Source: Candidatus Syntropharchaeum sp.
GTDB lineage: Archaea; Halobacteriota; Syntropharchaeia; Syntropharchaeales; Syntropharchaeaceae
Assembly: GCA_026134025.1 (NCBI GenBank)
Contig: JAOQII010000002.1
Span: 6,008-70,007, forward strand
DNA: 64,000 bases
Direction of reading: 5' to 3'
Part shown: one piece after another, positions 1 to 9,513 of the stretch
How the letters are laid out: the number at the start of each line of letters is the position of its first letter
Position numbering within the stretch: position 1 is the first letter of the stretch
Notes under the pieces: generated by a model
Told to the model about the DNA's origin: nothing
The model's input: the letters and a program-made list of their open reading frames with translations, nothing else
Database searches by the model: none
Position numbers and translations under genes: made by a program

Positions 1-1
1 C

Positions 2-226
2 GCAGGAAATGTGATTGGTACGTATCTCCATGGCGTATTTGATGAGAAGACCTTCAGGGGGAGTGTGCTCGACCATCTCTTTGAGATGAAAGGCGTTTTG
101 CCACCTCAACATCTTGACTTTGAGACATTCAGGGAGAAAGGGTTTAGGAAGCTGGCAGCGCTTGTATCCAGACACCTTGATCTGGAGCGGGTGATGGAGA
201 TCATTGAGGGAGGCGAATGGGGCTAA
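2..226 (+). CDS. cobQ: Cobyric acid synthase, C-terminal fragment (5' end outside the window)
   Basis: GTYLHGVF motif and LAALVSRHLDLERV ending typical of the CobQ/CbiP C-terminus; next to cobS. Confidence 0.8.
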   Translation, partial: AGNVIGTYLHGVFDEKTFRGSVLDHLFEMKGVLPPQHLDFETFREKGFRKLAALVSRHLDLERVMEIIEGGEWG

Positions 227-462
227 AAAGACCGCTCAATTATAGTCCCCCAAAACTTATCTACAGGGGAGAACGACAGGTGAGGAACTTTGAAGAGGTC
301 AGGTCACTGTTAAAGCATGGTATGAGTGCCTACCGGTCAAGTAGTAGCATTTCGATTTGGTTAAAAAGAATTTTCAGTGGATTGTTAGGGTTGAGGGTAA
401 GGGGTTTTTCAAAATTCTCACCTATATTTATTTGAACTTTACTGATTTATGTAACCTATAAG

Positions 463-1218
463 GTGATCATAGCAATGCGTCTTATTAAGGGCATCAAAGA
501 TGTTATAGGCTTTTTTACAATAATACCCATAAAGAACGGGGATTTTGAGGGTGCTGCCGACCATGCATACTTGCTTCCAGTACTTGGAGCTTTGATAGCA
601 GTTATATGCTCTCTATTCGCAGTTTTAAGCTTCTATTTATTTCCACCGCTTGTAACAGGTATGCTTGTTTTTCTTGTAGCACTAATTATCACTGGATTTA
701 ATAACATCGACGGGCTTGCGGACGTTGCAGATGGAATGATGGTACACGGTGATGCAATGAGAAAACGATCTGCGATGAAGGATACGAGACTCGGTATAAG
801 TGGTCTTGTGAGCTGTATATTTCTGATAGGACTTGATGTCGCTGCATTTTCCGAGCTTGCGCTTTTAGGGCTTTCAATCTTCATAAAATCGATTCTATTA
901 TCTGAGGTTGGGAGTAAGTACGCGATGCTCCTTATATCATACCTTGGAACGCCATCACACGAGGGGCTTGGTTCAGTATTTCTTGAGAGGATTGGAAACT
1001 TTCAGATCGCAGCTGGAAGCATTCTGACAATCTTACTCGTTTTACTCGTTTCATTTGCAGGTCAGATCGCGCTTGCTGTACTTCTTGTCATTCCAGTGGT
1101 ACTCATCCTGACGTTGATCGCAAGACGGAGTTTTGGCGGTGTATCAGGGGATGTTATAGGCGCATGCGGTGAAACTTCAAGGGTTGCAATTTTACTTGGT
1201 CTTCTCGCCATTTGCTGA
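463..1218 (+). CDS. cobS: Adenosylcobinamide-GDP ribazoletransferase (cobalamin synthase)
   Basis: Membrane protein with DGLADVADG, MKD..G..G and FGGVSGDVIGA motifs; alternative ATG at 475. Confidence 0.92.
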   Translation: MIIAMRLIKGIKDVIGFFTIIPIKNGDFEGAADHAYLLPVLGALIAVICSLFAVLSFYLFPPLVTGMLVFLVALIITGFNNIDGLADVADGMMVHGDAMRKRSAMKDTRLGISGLVSCIFLIGLDVAAFSELALLGLSIFIKSILLSEVGSKYAMLLISYLGTPSHEGLGSVFLERIGNFQIAAGSILTILLVLLVSFAGQIALAVLLVIPVVLILTLIARRSFGGVSGDVIGACGETSRVAILLGLLAIC

Positions 1219-1298
1219 TCACACCCCGTAAAACAAAAAAACAATCTTTATATAGAGTTAAAATACAGCTATCACCAAAGGTAAAAGGAGAGATCATT

Positions 1299-3671
1299 TT
1301 GGAAGAGATTGGTGGAACAATCAAGATTGAAGGATGGGAAAATGTCCAGATCAACATCGGTCGTATCGGGGAAGAGGAGGAAGAATGGGAGCCAATGGGT
1401 CCCTACCCGATGCCAAAGATGGCTGATCTCAGAAACTGGGATTACAAGCTACTTAACAGGTATAAACCCTTCTACGCACCGCTCTGTGACGTCTGTGCGC
1501 TCTGTACCTATGGGAAGTGCGATCTTTCCGGGAACAAGTACGGTGCATGTGGTATAAGGATGGATGCGATGCAGGGCAGGATCGTGCTTCTTGCATGCCT
1601 TGTCGGTGCGTCAGCACACATGGCACATGGCAGGCACATGATACATGACCTTGAGCATCGATGGGGCGTTGATATACCATTCGATCTCGGAACAGAGATC
1701 AACGTACCAGCACCGCTGACACAGCTTATAACCGGAATAAAGCCAAAAAAGATCCGAGACTTCCTGCCTGTTCTTGATTACATTGAGGAGAATATCGTGC
1801 AGCTTGCAGACGCACTCCACACAGGACAGGAAGGATCATACATGGACTTTGAGTCAAAAGCACTCCAGATGGGGATGCTCGACTCACTCGGTAAAGAGGT
1901 CGCCGATATGGTGCAGATCGCATACTATGATATGCCACATGGTGAGAGCAATCAGCCGTTCTTCGAGGTTGGGATGGGCTCGATCGATACAAAGAAGCCA
2001 ACGGTTATCGTCATCGGGCACAACGCACCACCAACATTTGATATCGTAGAATACCTCACCGAGAAAGGTCTCGAGGATGAGGTGGAGATCGGTGGTATAT
2101 GCTGTACAGCGATTGATGTAACACGGAAGTATCAGAAGGCGAAGATCGTCTCAGCGCTTGGCAGACAGCTCAGGGTTATCAGGGCTGGATTCGCAGATGT
2201 GATCGTGATCGATGAACAGTGTATCAGGGCGGACATCCTGAAGCAGGCAAAGGTCGTTGGATCGCCTGTCATCTGCACGAACGATAAGGCGATGCACGGA
2301 CTTGTCGACCGCACAGGCGATGACCAGGATGAGATAATCGATGATCTTGTTGAGGGAAGGGTCCCAGGTGTTGTGATCCTTGATCCATTCCAGGTCGGGA
2401 AGGTCGCTGTCGAGGTTGCAAGGAAGATGCACCCGAAGCGGGCAAAGAAGGAGTATATCCTCAGTGATGAAGCGTTCAAAGAATACCTTGAGTCATGTAC
2501 GATGTGTGGCAGCTGTACGTTCGCATGTCCACAGGGATTGAGGATCGGAGGAGCAAACAAGAAGGCACTCGAGGGTGATTTAGAGCCGCTTATCATGATG
2601 TTTGATCAATGTGTTGGGTGCGGCAGGTGTGAACAGGTCTGCAAGAAGCACATCCCGATCGTTGATGTTATGGTGAAAGCTGCACGCCCGGTTATTGAGA
2701 AAGAGAAGGGCAAGATGAGGGCAGGCAGAGGTCCTGTGAGAGATACTGAGATCAGACAGGTCGGAGCGCCGCTTGTGCTTGGAACAATCCCTGGTATTAT
2801 CGCACCGATTGGATGCGGAAACTACCCCAACGGAACAAAGGATGTATACACGATCGTTGATGAGTTTGCATCGAGGGGTTACATCGTGACCCTGACAGGG
2901 TGCATGGCGATCGATTGTGGATTCTATCTGGATGATGAGGGAAAATCGGTGTATGAGAGGTATCCAGATGACTTTGATAAGGGATGCGTGCTTAATATCG
3001 GATCATGTGTCTCAAATGCACACATACACGGTGCTGCGATCAAGGTTGCATCGATCTTTGCCAGGAGAAACATCAGGGCAAACTATGACGAGATCGCAGA
3101 CTATATCATAAACAGGGTAGGAGCATGTGGTGTTGCATGGGGTGCGATGTCACAGAAGGCAGCATCGATTGCAACAGGTTTCAACAGGCTCGGTGTTCCC
3201 GCGGTTGTGGGTCCACACGGTGTTAAGTACAGAAGGGCATTCCTAGGGCGAAGGGATCTACCGGAGCGATGGAAGGTCTATGATACAAGAAACGGAGAAG
3301 AACTCTATTGCGAGCCATGTCCTGAGCATCTGCTTGTTGCAGCAGAGACGATAGAAGAGTGTCTACCACTGATGGCAAAACTCTGCTTCAGGGTTGCTGA
3401 TACGTCCCCTGGACGAATGATCAAGCTGACACACTACATCGACCTCTCGATGAAGTACCTGAAAGTAATGCCCCCAGACTGGCACCTCTATGTGAGAAGT
3501 GAGACCGACCTTCCGCTTGCAAAGAAGGAGTACTACCTACAGCTTCTTGAGGAGGAGCAGGATTGGAAGATCGACTGGAAGAAGAAGAAGATCGTTTCAG
3601 GTCCGGTGAAGGGTGTGGATCCCTCGTTTAATCCAACGCTACTTGAACGATTACTACCTGAGAAGAGGTGA
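1299..3671 (+). CDS. cdhA: CO dehydrogenase/acetyl-CoA synthase complex, alpha subunit (CODH)
   Basis: CDVCALCTYGKC, GHN, GICCTA, DEQC, TGC, GSCVSN ligands and two ferredoxin motifs; TTG start at 1299 after an AAGGAG Shine-Dalgarno (ORF track extends to 1212). Confidence 0.96.
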   Translation: MEEIGGTIKIEGWENVQINIGRIGEEEEEWEPMGPYPMPKMADLRNWDYKLLNRYKPFYAPLCDVCALCTYGKCDLSGNKYGACGIRMDAMQGRIVLLACLVGASAHMAHGRHMIHDLEHRWGVDIPFDLGTEINVPAPLTQLITGIKPKKIRDFLPVLDYIEENIVQLADALHTGQEGSYMDFESKALQMGMLDSLGKEVADMVQIAYYDMPHGESNQPFFEVGMGSIDTKKPTVIVIGHNAPPTFDIVEYLTEKGLEDEVEIGGICCTAIDVTRKYQKAKIVSALGRQLRVIRAGFADVIVIDEQCIRADILKQAKVVGSPVICTNDKAMHGLVDRTGDDQDEIIDDLVEGRVPGVVILDPFQVGKVAVEVARKMHPKRAKKEYILSDEAFKEYLESCTMCGSCTFACPQGLRIGGANKKALEGDLEPLIMMFDQCVGCGRCEQVCKKHIPIVDVMVKAARPVIEKEKGKMRAGRGPVRDTEIRQVGAPLVLGTIPGIIAPIGCGNYPNGTKDVYTIVDEFASRGYIVTLTGCMAIDCGFYLDDEGKSVYERYPDDFDKGCVLNIGSCVSNAHIHGAAIKVASIFARRNIRANYDEIADYIINRVGACGVAWGAMSQKAASIATGFNRLGVPAVVGPHGVKYRRAFLGRRDLPERWKVYDTRNGEELYCEPCPEHLLVAAETIEECLPLMAKLCFRVADTSPGRMIKLTHYIDLSMKYLKVMPPDWHLYVRSETDLPLAKKEYYLQLLEEEQDWKIDWKKKKIVSGPVKGVDPSFNPTLLERLLPEKR

Positions 3672-3677
3672 TAAAAT

Positions 3678-4244
3678 ATGGGTTGTGATTCTTGTGGGGG
3701 TTCATGTTCTCCACAAAATTATCTTTCGTTTGACGCAGGAAACACACATGGTCCAGAGAGCGGCAGGCTGGCAGCACCAGAAACAATCGGGAGATTGATA
3801 AAATCTGCAAAGCGACCGCTCTTGATCGTGGGTTCAGAGATACTTGAGGATGATGGTATGCTCGACAGGGCGATCGCCATCGGTAAGAAAGGGATTCCGA
3901 TCGCTGCAACAGGCCCTGCTATTCGGGGTTTTGTTGAGCGTGAGTACGATGGAGAGGTATACTATTACCAGCTCCATGAGCTTACCAACTGTATCCTTGA
4001 TCCGGAATGGAAGGGACTTGATGGTCAGGGCAATTACGATGTCGTGGTCTTCTTCGGGATTATATACTACTATGCATCAGCAATGCTATCAGCGATCAAG
4101 AACTTTGGAACCGATCCGTTGATACGTGGTGTCTCGATCGATAAGTACTACCATCCACACGCCCGCATGACCTTTGGGAACTATAGCCCAAAGCGCCAGG
4201 CAGAATATTTAGAGATGCTGGATAAGTTAATTACTGTATTGTAA
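3678..4244 (+). CDS. cdhB: CODH/ACS epsilon subunit
   Basis: AKRPLLIVG and WKGLDGQGNYD motifs; directly after cdhA. Confidence 0.93.
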   Translation: MGCDSCGGSCSPQNYLSFDAGNTHGPESGRLAAPETIGRLIKSAKRPLLIVGSEILEDDGMLDRAIAIGKKGIPIAATGPAIRGFVEREYDGEVYYYQLHELTNCILDPEWKGLDGQGNYDVVVFFGIIYYYASAMLSAIKNFGTDPLIRGVSIDKYYHPHARMTFGNYSPKRQAEYLEMLDKLITVL

Positions 4245-4256
4245 AGGAGGTTTTAA

Positions 4257-5681
4257 ATGGCAGAAGAGTTTCCATTTGAGATTAGCCCGATGTATGAGGG
4301 CGAGCGAGTAAGAAAAGGAGATATGTATGTCGAGCTTGGAGGATCGACAAAAGATGGCTTCGAGCTTGTACAGGTGGTTGACGATCCGAACGAGGTTGAG
4401 GACGGAAAGGTAACGCTCATTGGTCCTGACATCCTTGATATGGAAGAAGGCGGGTTTTATCCCTACGGTATGATCTACAAGGTGGCAGGCGAGCAGCTTG
4501 AGACAGATCTTGAGGCGGTCCTTGAGCGAAGGCATCACGAGTTCCAGCCATACATGCAGGGGTATATGCACTTAAACCAGCGGTATGATATCTGGGTACG
4601 TATCAGTAAGGACATGATCAAGAACGGACTGAAATCATTTGAACAGATCGCAAAGGCGACGATGATGCTCTACAAGAACGAGCTCCCATTCATTGAGAAG
4701 ATGGAAGCGATCTATATCACAGATGAAGAGAAGGTGAAGGAAGAGCTTGCAAAAGCGATGGAAATCTACAAGGCAAGGGATGAGCGAGCACGTGCGATGC
4801 ATGATGAGGATGCGGACGTCTTCTATGGCTGCACACTCTGTCAGGCGTTTGCACCAACAAGCGTCTGTGTCGTAACACCCGATCGAACATCACTCTGTGG
4901 TGCGATGACATGGTTTGACTGCAGAGCCGCTGCAAAAGTAGATCCAGAAGGACCAAATTTCCCGATCGAGAAGGGTGAGTGCCTTGATGAGCTGAAGGGT
5001 GAGTACACGGGGGTCAACGAAAAGGCGGTTGAGCTATCAGGTGGTGAGTATGACAGGATAATGCTCTACACGTTCATGGAGTACCCACACACATCCTGTG
5101 GTTGTTTCGAGGTGATCGGGTTCTACATGCCAGAGGTGCAGGCGATCGGATGGGTCGATCGAAACTTCCCAGCTGCAACACCTAACGGACTTCCATTCTC
5201 CTCGATGGCAGGGCAGGCTGGTGGTGGTAAGCAGACACTCGGGTTCCTCGGTATCGGTATTCAGTACTTCTTCTCCCCGAAGTTCCTTCAGGGTGAAGGG
5301 GGATGGACAACGACTGCCTGGCTTCCAAAAGATCTGAAAGATCGTATACTCGAGGCGATTCCTGAGGATATGCGTGATAAGATCGCAACAGAGGAGGATG
5401 CAACAGACGTCACCCAGCTGATGGAGTTCATGAAGAAGGTCAATCACCCGATGGTCGCAAAATGGGCAGCAGAAGAAGAGGAGGAAGTCGAAGAGGCTGC
5501 AGAAGCAGCAGCACCAGAGGCAGCAGCAATGCCACAGATGCCAATGATGCAGCCCGGCATGATGCCACAGATGCAGCTTCCCGCATTTGCACCTTCTGGT
5601 GGAGCAGCAGGCGGGATCAAGCTGGTTTTGAAGAACGCCAATATCAAGGTGGAGAAGATAATACTCAAGAAGAAGGAGTGA
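4257..5681 (+). CDS. cdhC: Acetyl-CoA synthase beta subunit
   Basis: YEGERVRK start, FYGCTLCQ and PHTSCGCFE A-cluster motifs. Confidence 0.96.
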   Translation: MAEEFPFEISPMYEGERVRKGDMYVELGGSTKDGFELVQVVDDPNEVEDGKVTLIGPDILDMEEGGFYPYGMIYKVAGEQLETDLEAVLERRHHEFQPYMQGYMHLNQRYDIWVRISKDMIKNGLKSFEQIAKATMMLYKNELPFIEKMEAIYITDEEKVKEELAKAMEIYKARDERARAMHDEDADVFYGCTLCQAFAPTSVCVVTPDRTSLCGAMTWFDCRAAAKVDPEGPNFPIEKGECLDELKGEYTGVNEKAVELSGGEYDRIMLYTFMEYPHTSCGCFEVIGFYMPEVQAIGWVDRNFPAATPNGLPFSSMAGQAGGGKQTLGFLGIGIQYFFSPKFLQGEGGWTTTAWLPKDLKDRILEAIPEDMRDKIATEEDATDVTQLMEFMKKVNHPMVAKWAAEEEEEVEEAAEAAAPEAAAMPQMPMMQPGMMPQMQLPAFAPSGGAAGGIKLVLKNANIKVEKIILKKKE

Positions 5682-5715
5682 TCCTTCTCTCTTCTTTTTC
5701 ATATTTTTCACAGAA

Positions 5716-6468
5716 ATGACAACCATCGTGATATCTGGAAAGGGCGGCACAGGAAAGACAAATATAGCCGCGCTTCTCGTTCGAATCCTCTCGGAAAATA
5801 AACTTGTTCTTGCGATAGATGCAGATCCTGATACCAACCTGGCTGATGCACTCGGTTTTCCCGTTACAAAGACGGTAGGTGACATCAGGGAAGGATTTCT
5901 CGATGAGAAGGATGAACTGGCACCTGAACTTGATAAGCAATCATACTTTGAGTCCAGAGTGATGAGTATCATCGAGGAGGCTGATCGGTTTGATATCATT
6001 GCGATGGGAAGACCTGAAGGACCGGGTTGCTACTGTTATGCCAACAACATCTTAAGAGCCGTTATCGAGAAACTTGAGGGAAATTACGAGATGGTTGTGA
6101 TCGATACCGAGGCAGGGCTTGAACATTTGAGCCGCAGGACCGTCAGAGACATAGATTTACTCCTTGTTGTGAGCGATGTATCAAAGAGAGGGCTTGATAC
6201 GGCAGATCGCATCAGGGCCCTTGCAAATGAGCTCAATATCAGGGTAAAACGGATTGCAGTCATTGCAAACAGGGTCAGAAATGAACACGATCGCGAGAAG
6301 TTGAAAAATATGGCAGAGAAGATGAATCTTGAGTTAATTGGCTTCATACCTTTTGACGAGGAACTTGCAGCGCTTGATCTGGATGGGTTACCTTTAACTC
6401 AGTTAAAAGATGACTCTCCAGCCTTTGAAGCGGTTAAAGATCTCGTTGAGAGGTTAGATTTGAACTAA
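5716..6468 (+). CDS. cooC: CODH/ACS nickel-insertion ATPase (CooC/AcsF)
   Basis: GKGGTGKT P-loop, GPGCYC, DTEAGLEHLSR. Confidence 0.93.
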   Translation: MTTIVISGKGGTGKTNIAALLVRILSENKLVLAIDADPDTNLADALGFPVTKTVGDIREGFLDEKDELAPELDKQSYFESRVMSIIEEADRFDIIAMGRPEGPGCYCYANNILRAVIEKLEGNYEMVVIDTEAGLEHLSRRTVRDIDLLLVVSDVSKRGLDTADRIRALANELNIRVKRIAVIANRVRNEHDREKLKNMAEKMNLELIGFIPFDEELAALDLDGLPLTQLKDDSPAFEAVKDLVERLDLN

Positions 6469-6498
6469 AAAATATGTTGGGTGAGGTGATAGTTTAAA

Positions 6499-7809
6499 AT
6501 GACCACGATTAATTTCCAGGATCTAATAAAGATCCTTGAGAAGTACGAGATAGCAGAGCTTGAGAATGTAGTGATAGATGGTGATGTAGAGATCGAGATG
6601 TTGGAAGGCGGTGGTGGAGATGCCGCGGCACTGCAGCTTGCAATCGGACAGGGAGCAGCACAGATTGGGATGAACCTGATGCAGCTTGCTCAGATGCTTG
6701 GGTACCCGGTTGGGGCGTTGATGCAACCTGTGGGCGTTCCACCTGCTGTGGGTGCTGCTGAGGCAGAGATACTTGAGAAACTACTCGATGAGAAGTTCTC
6801 GGTTGAGCATGAGAAGTACACAACCGCAGTGGAAGAGGTCACAATCGGTGCAACAAAAGCAGATGGCGGAACACGTGAGACAACGGTCACAATCGGCGGT
6901 GAGCGTGCTCTACCATTCTTCAATTACGCAGCTCCAATGCCAAATCCCATTGCAATAACACTTGACTGCTTTGATATGCCAATCGGACTTGCAAAAGCGG
7001 TGAAGGTTCATTATGAGGATGTAATGGAGAGTCCAGGCGAGTGGGCAAAGAAGAATGTTGAGAAGTTTGGGGCTGATATGGTAACGATTCACCTGATCAG
7101 TACCGATCCTCTCATCAAGGATACTCCACCAAAAGAGGCTGCAAAGGTTGTTGAGGAGGTTTTGCAGGCTGTAAAGGTCCCGATTGTGATCGGTGGTTCA
7201 GGAAATCCTGACAAAGATCCAGCAGTCCTCGAGGCTGCGGCAGAGGTTGCAGAGGGTGAGAGGTGTTTGATCGCATCGGCAAACCTCAACATGGACTATG
7301 AACGGATCGCAAAGGCAGCGATGGACCACGGACATGTTATTCTCTCATGGACACAGCTTGATATAAACAACCAGAAGACCCTGAACAGGTACCTCTTCAA
7401 GGCTGGCGTGAACAGGAAGGATATCGTGATCGACCCAACAACCGCTGCCTTGGGATATGGTATCGACTATGCCTTCACGAATATCGAGCGGATGCGGCTG
7501 ATGGCGCTCAAAGGCGATACAGACCTGAACTTCCCGATCTCATGTGGTATCACGAACGCATGGGGTGCGAGAGAGGCATGGATGAAAGAGTCGCCACTGA
7601 AAGAAGACTCAGACTGGGGACCCCGTGAGTACAGAGGGCCATTGTTCGAGATCATTACAGGTCTGACACTCGGGGTGGCAGGAGGCGATCTTTTCATGAT
7701 GATGCACCCAGGCGCTGCTGCAACGGTCAAGGAGATTACCCGAACACTCAGAGGGGATGTTGAAGCAAAACCGGTCCCGATCGATGATTGGGTAACACTG
7801 GAGGTGTGA
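6499..7809 (+). CDS. cdhD: Corrinoid Fe-S protein small (delta) subunit
   Basis: [19 protein letters not shown] and NAWGAREAW motifs. Confidence 0.95.
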   Translation: MTTINFQDLIKILEKYEIAELENVVIDGDVEIEMLEGGGGDAAALQLAIGQGAAQIGMNLMQLAQMLGYPVGALMQPVGVPPAVGAAEAEILEKLLDEKFSVEHEKYTTAVEEVTIGATKADGGTRETTVTIGGERALPFFNYAAPMPNPIAITLDCFDMPIGLAKAVKVHYEDVMESPGEWAKKNVEKFGADMVTIHLISTDPLIKDTPPKEAAKVVEEVLQAVKVPIVIGGSGNPDKDPAVLEAAAEVAEGERCLIASANLNMDYERIAKAAMDHGHVILSWTQLDINNQKTLNRYLFKAGVNRKDIVIDPTTAALGYGIDYAFTNIERMRLMALKGDTDLNFPISCGITNAWGAREAWMKESPLKEDSDWGPREYRGPLFEIITGLTLGVAGGDLFMMMHPGAAATVKEITRTLRGDVEAKPVPIDDWVTLEV

Positions 7810-7812
7810 AGG

Positions 7813-9219
7813 ATGAAGTTATCAAGTCCACTCGAGATCTATGACTATCTCCCAAAGACCAACTGCGGTGAGTGCGGTGAAGCAACGTGCATGGCGTTTG
7901 CTGCAAAGCTCATCGAGCGAGAGGTTAAGCTTGAAACCTGCAAGCCGATACTTGAGGATAAGTTCAGGAAGAAGTACGAGGAGCTTTCAGAGCTTTTAGC
8001 ACCAGAGATAAAGGAGATTGTACTTGGCGTTGGTGAGCGCGCGATAAAGATCGGTGGCGAGGACGTGATGCACCGTCACCAGCTAACATTCTTCGATGAG
8101 ACCGCACTCGTCTATGATGTCTGGGATACGATGGATGAGGCAGATCTCGTTGCAAGGGTAAAGGCGATCACAGACTGGCAGAAGTTCTATGTAGGGGACT
8201 TTCTGAGGCTCTATGGTGTTGCTGTAAGATCGACATCTAACGATCCAGCAAAGTTTGGAGCATGTGTCAGGAAGGTTCTTGAGACGACACCTCTCCCGCT
8301 TGTTCTCTGCTCATTTGATCCAAAGGTTCTGGAGGCAGGGCTTGAGGTTGCAGCCGATAAGAATCCACTCATCTATGCAGCAAACAAGGACAACTGGAAG
8401 GATGTTGCAAAACTTGTAAAGAAGTACAACGTTGCTGTCACGCTCTACGCACCCGCTGACCTCGATCTCTTGAAGTCAATGGCGGTATCATTTGAGAAGA
8501 TGGGGATCAGTGACCTGGTGCTTGATCCAGGGACATACCCAACAGGGAAGGATCTTGAGCAGACACTCCAGCGATTTCTCCAGATAAGGCGTGCGGGGAT
8601 CGTTGAAGGTCAGAAAGATATCGCATACCCGATTATGTCTGTCCCATTAACGACATGGATGGTATATGATGACCCTGTCGATGCAACTTACTGGGAGACT
8701 GTGCTGGCAGATGTCTTCACGATCAGGTATGCTGACATCATGATCCTCCACTCGATCGAGCCGTACGCCGTGATGATCCAGCGAACGCTTGTTGATAACA
8801 TCTATGTCGATCCAAGAAGACCTGTACAGGTTGATCCAGGCGTCAATGTGATCGGTAACCCGACAGCGGATTCACCTGTATTTATGACAACGAACTTCGC
8901 ACTGACATACTACACGGTGGAGAGTGACGTTGCATCCAACAACATCGACTGTTACATCCTTGTGGTTGATACAGAAGGTATCGGTGTTGAGGCAGCACTT
9001 GCAGGTGGGCAGTTAACGTCAGCCAAGGTCAAGGATACGATGGAGAAGGCGGATATTAACCTTGAGGAGGCGGTGACACACAAGACCCTGATCATACCGG
9101 GACTTACGGCAAGAATATCCGGCGAGCTTGAGGATACACTTGGCTGGAATATCCTCGTGGGTCCAGGCGACTCAGGACGTATACCCGGATTTTTGGAAGA
9201 GAAGTGGCCCCCCAAGTAG
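7813..9219 (+). CDS. cdhE: Corrinoid Fe-S protein large (gamma) subunit
   Basis: LPKTNCGECGEATCMAFA Fe-S motif; TTNFALTYYTV. Confidence 0.95.
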   Translation: MKLSSPLEIYDYLPKTNCGECGEATCMAFAAKLIEREVKLETCKPILEDKFRKKYEELSELLAPEIKEIVLGVGERAIKIGGEDVMHRHQLTFFDETALVYDVWDTMDEADLVARVKAITDWQKFYVGDFLRLYGVAVRSTSNDPAKFGACVRKVLETTPLPLVLCSFDPKVLEAGLEVAADKNPLIYAANKDNWKDVAKLVKKYNVAVTLYAPADLDLLKSMAVSFEKMGISDLVLDPGTYPTGKDLEQTLQRFLQIRRAGIVEGQKDIAYPIMSVPLTTWMVYDDPVDATYWETVLADVFTIRYADIMILHSIEPYAVMIQRTLVDNIYVDPRRPVQVDPGVNVIGNPTADSPVFMTTNFALTYYTVESDVASNNIDCYILVVDTEGIGVEAALAGGQLTSAKVKDTMEKADINLEEAVTHKTLIIPGLTARISGELEDTLGWNILVGPGDSGRIPGFLEEKWPPK

Positions 9220-9234
9220 GGGGGTTTGTTTTTA
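9206..9234 (+). terminator. Putative terminator of the cdh operon
   Basis: C-run/G-run hairpin spanning the cdhE stop, followed by TTTGTTTT. Confidence 0.45.
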
Positions 9235-9513
9235 TATTACTGAGAGCATCTTGCGTAATTATCCATACTCAGACCATCTCTTCTTATAATATTCCCAGAC
9301 TATTTCTGAAACAGGGGTATATTGAGCCTCTGGTCAGGAAATGCATCCCCCGCTCTAAAAGAAGATACACAGGAAGACAATATGATACGATGAGCTGGAG
9401 TTTAATTGTGAAGGGGGTCTATTGTAGTGGATGATGTTTGGGTCAAGTATTGTAGGGTCAGAAGCGGATACCCCCCAATTCGCTCGGGTGTGGACATGTT
9501 ATCGAATATCACC

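Noticed and set aside
217..435. 72-aa ORF between cobQ and cobS
   Set aside because: No recognisable features; likely intergenic
5470..5615. Low-complexity GCAGCA/ATGCCACAGATG repeats
   Set aside because: Encode the Glu/Ala/Pro/Met/Gln linker in the CdhC C-terminus; not a repeat element or CRISPR
5037..5999. 320-aa antisense ORF
   Set aside because: Shadow of cdhC/cooC with no protein-like features
9204..9513. Short ORFs or ncRNA between cdhE and uvrA
   Set aside because: No SD, motif or convincing structure beyond the terminator
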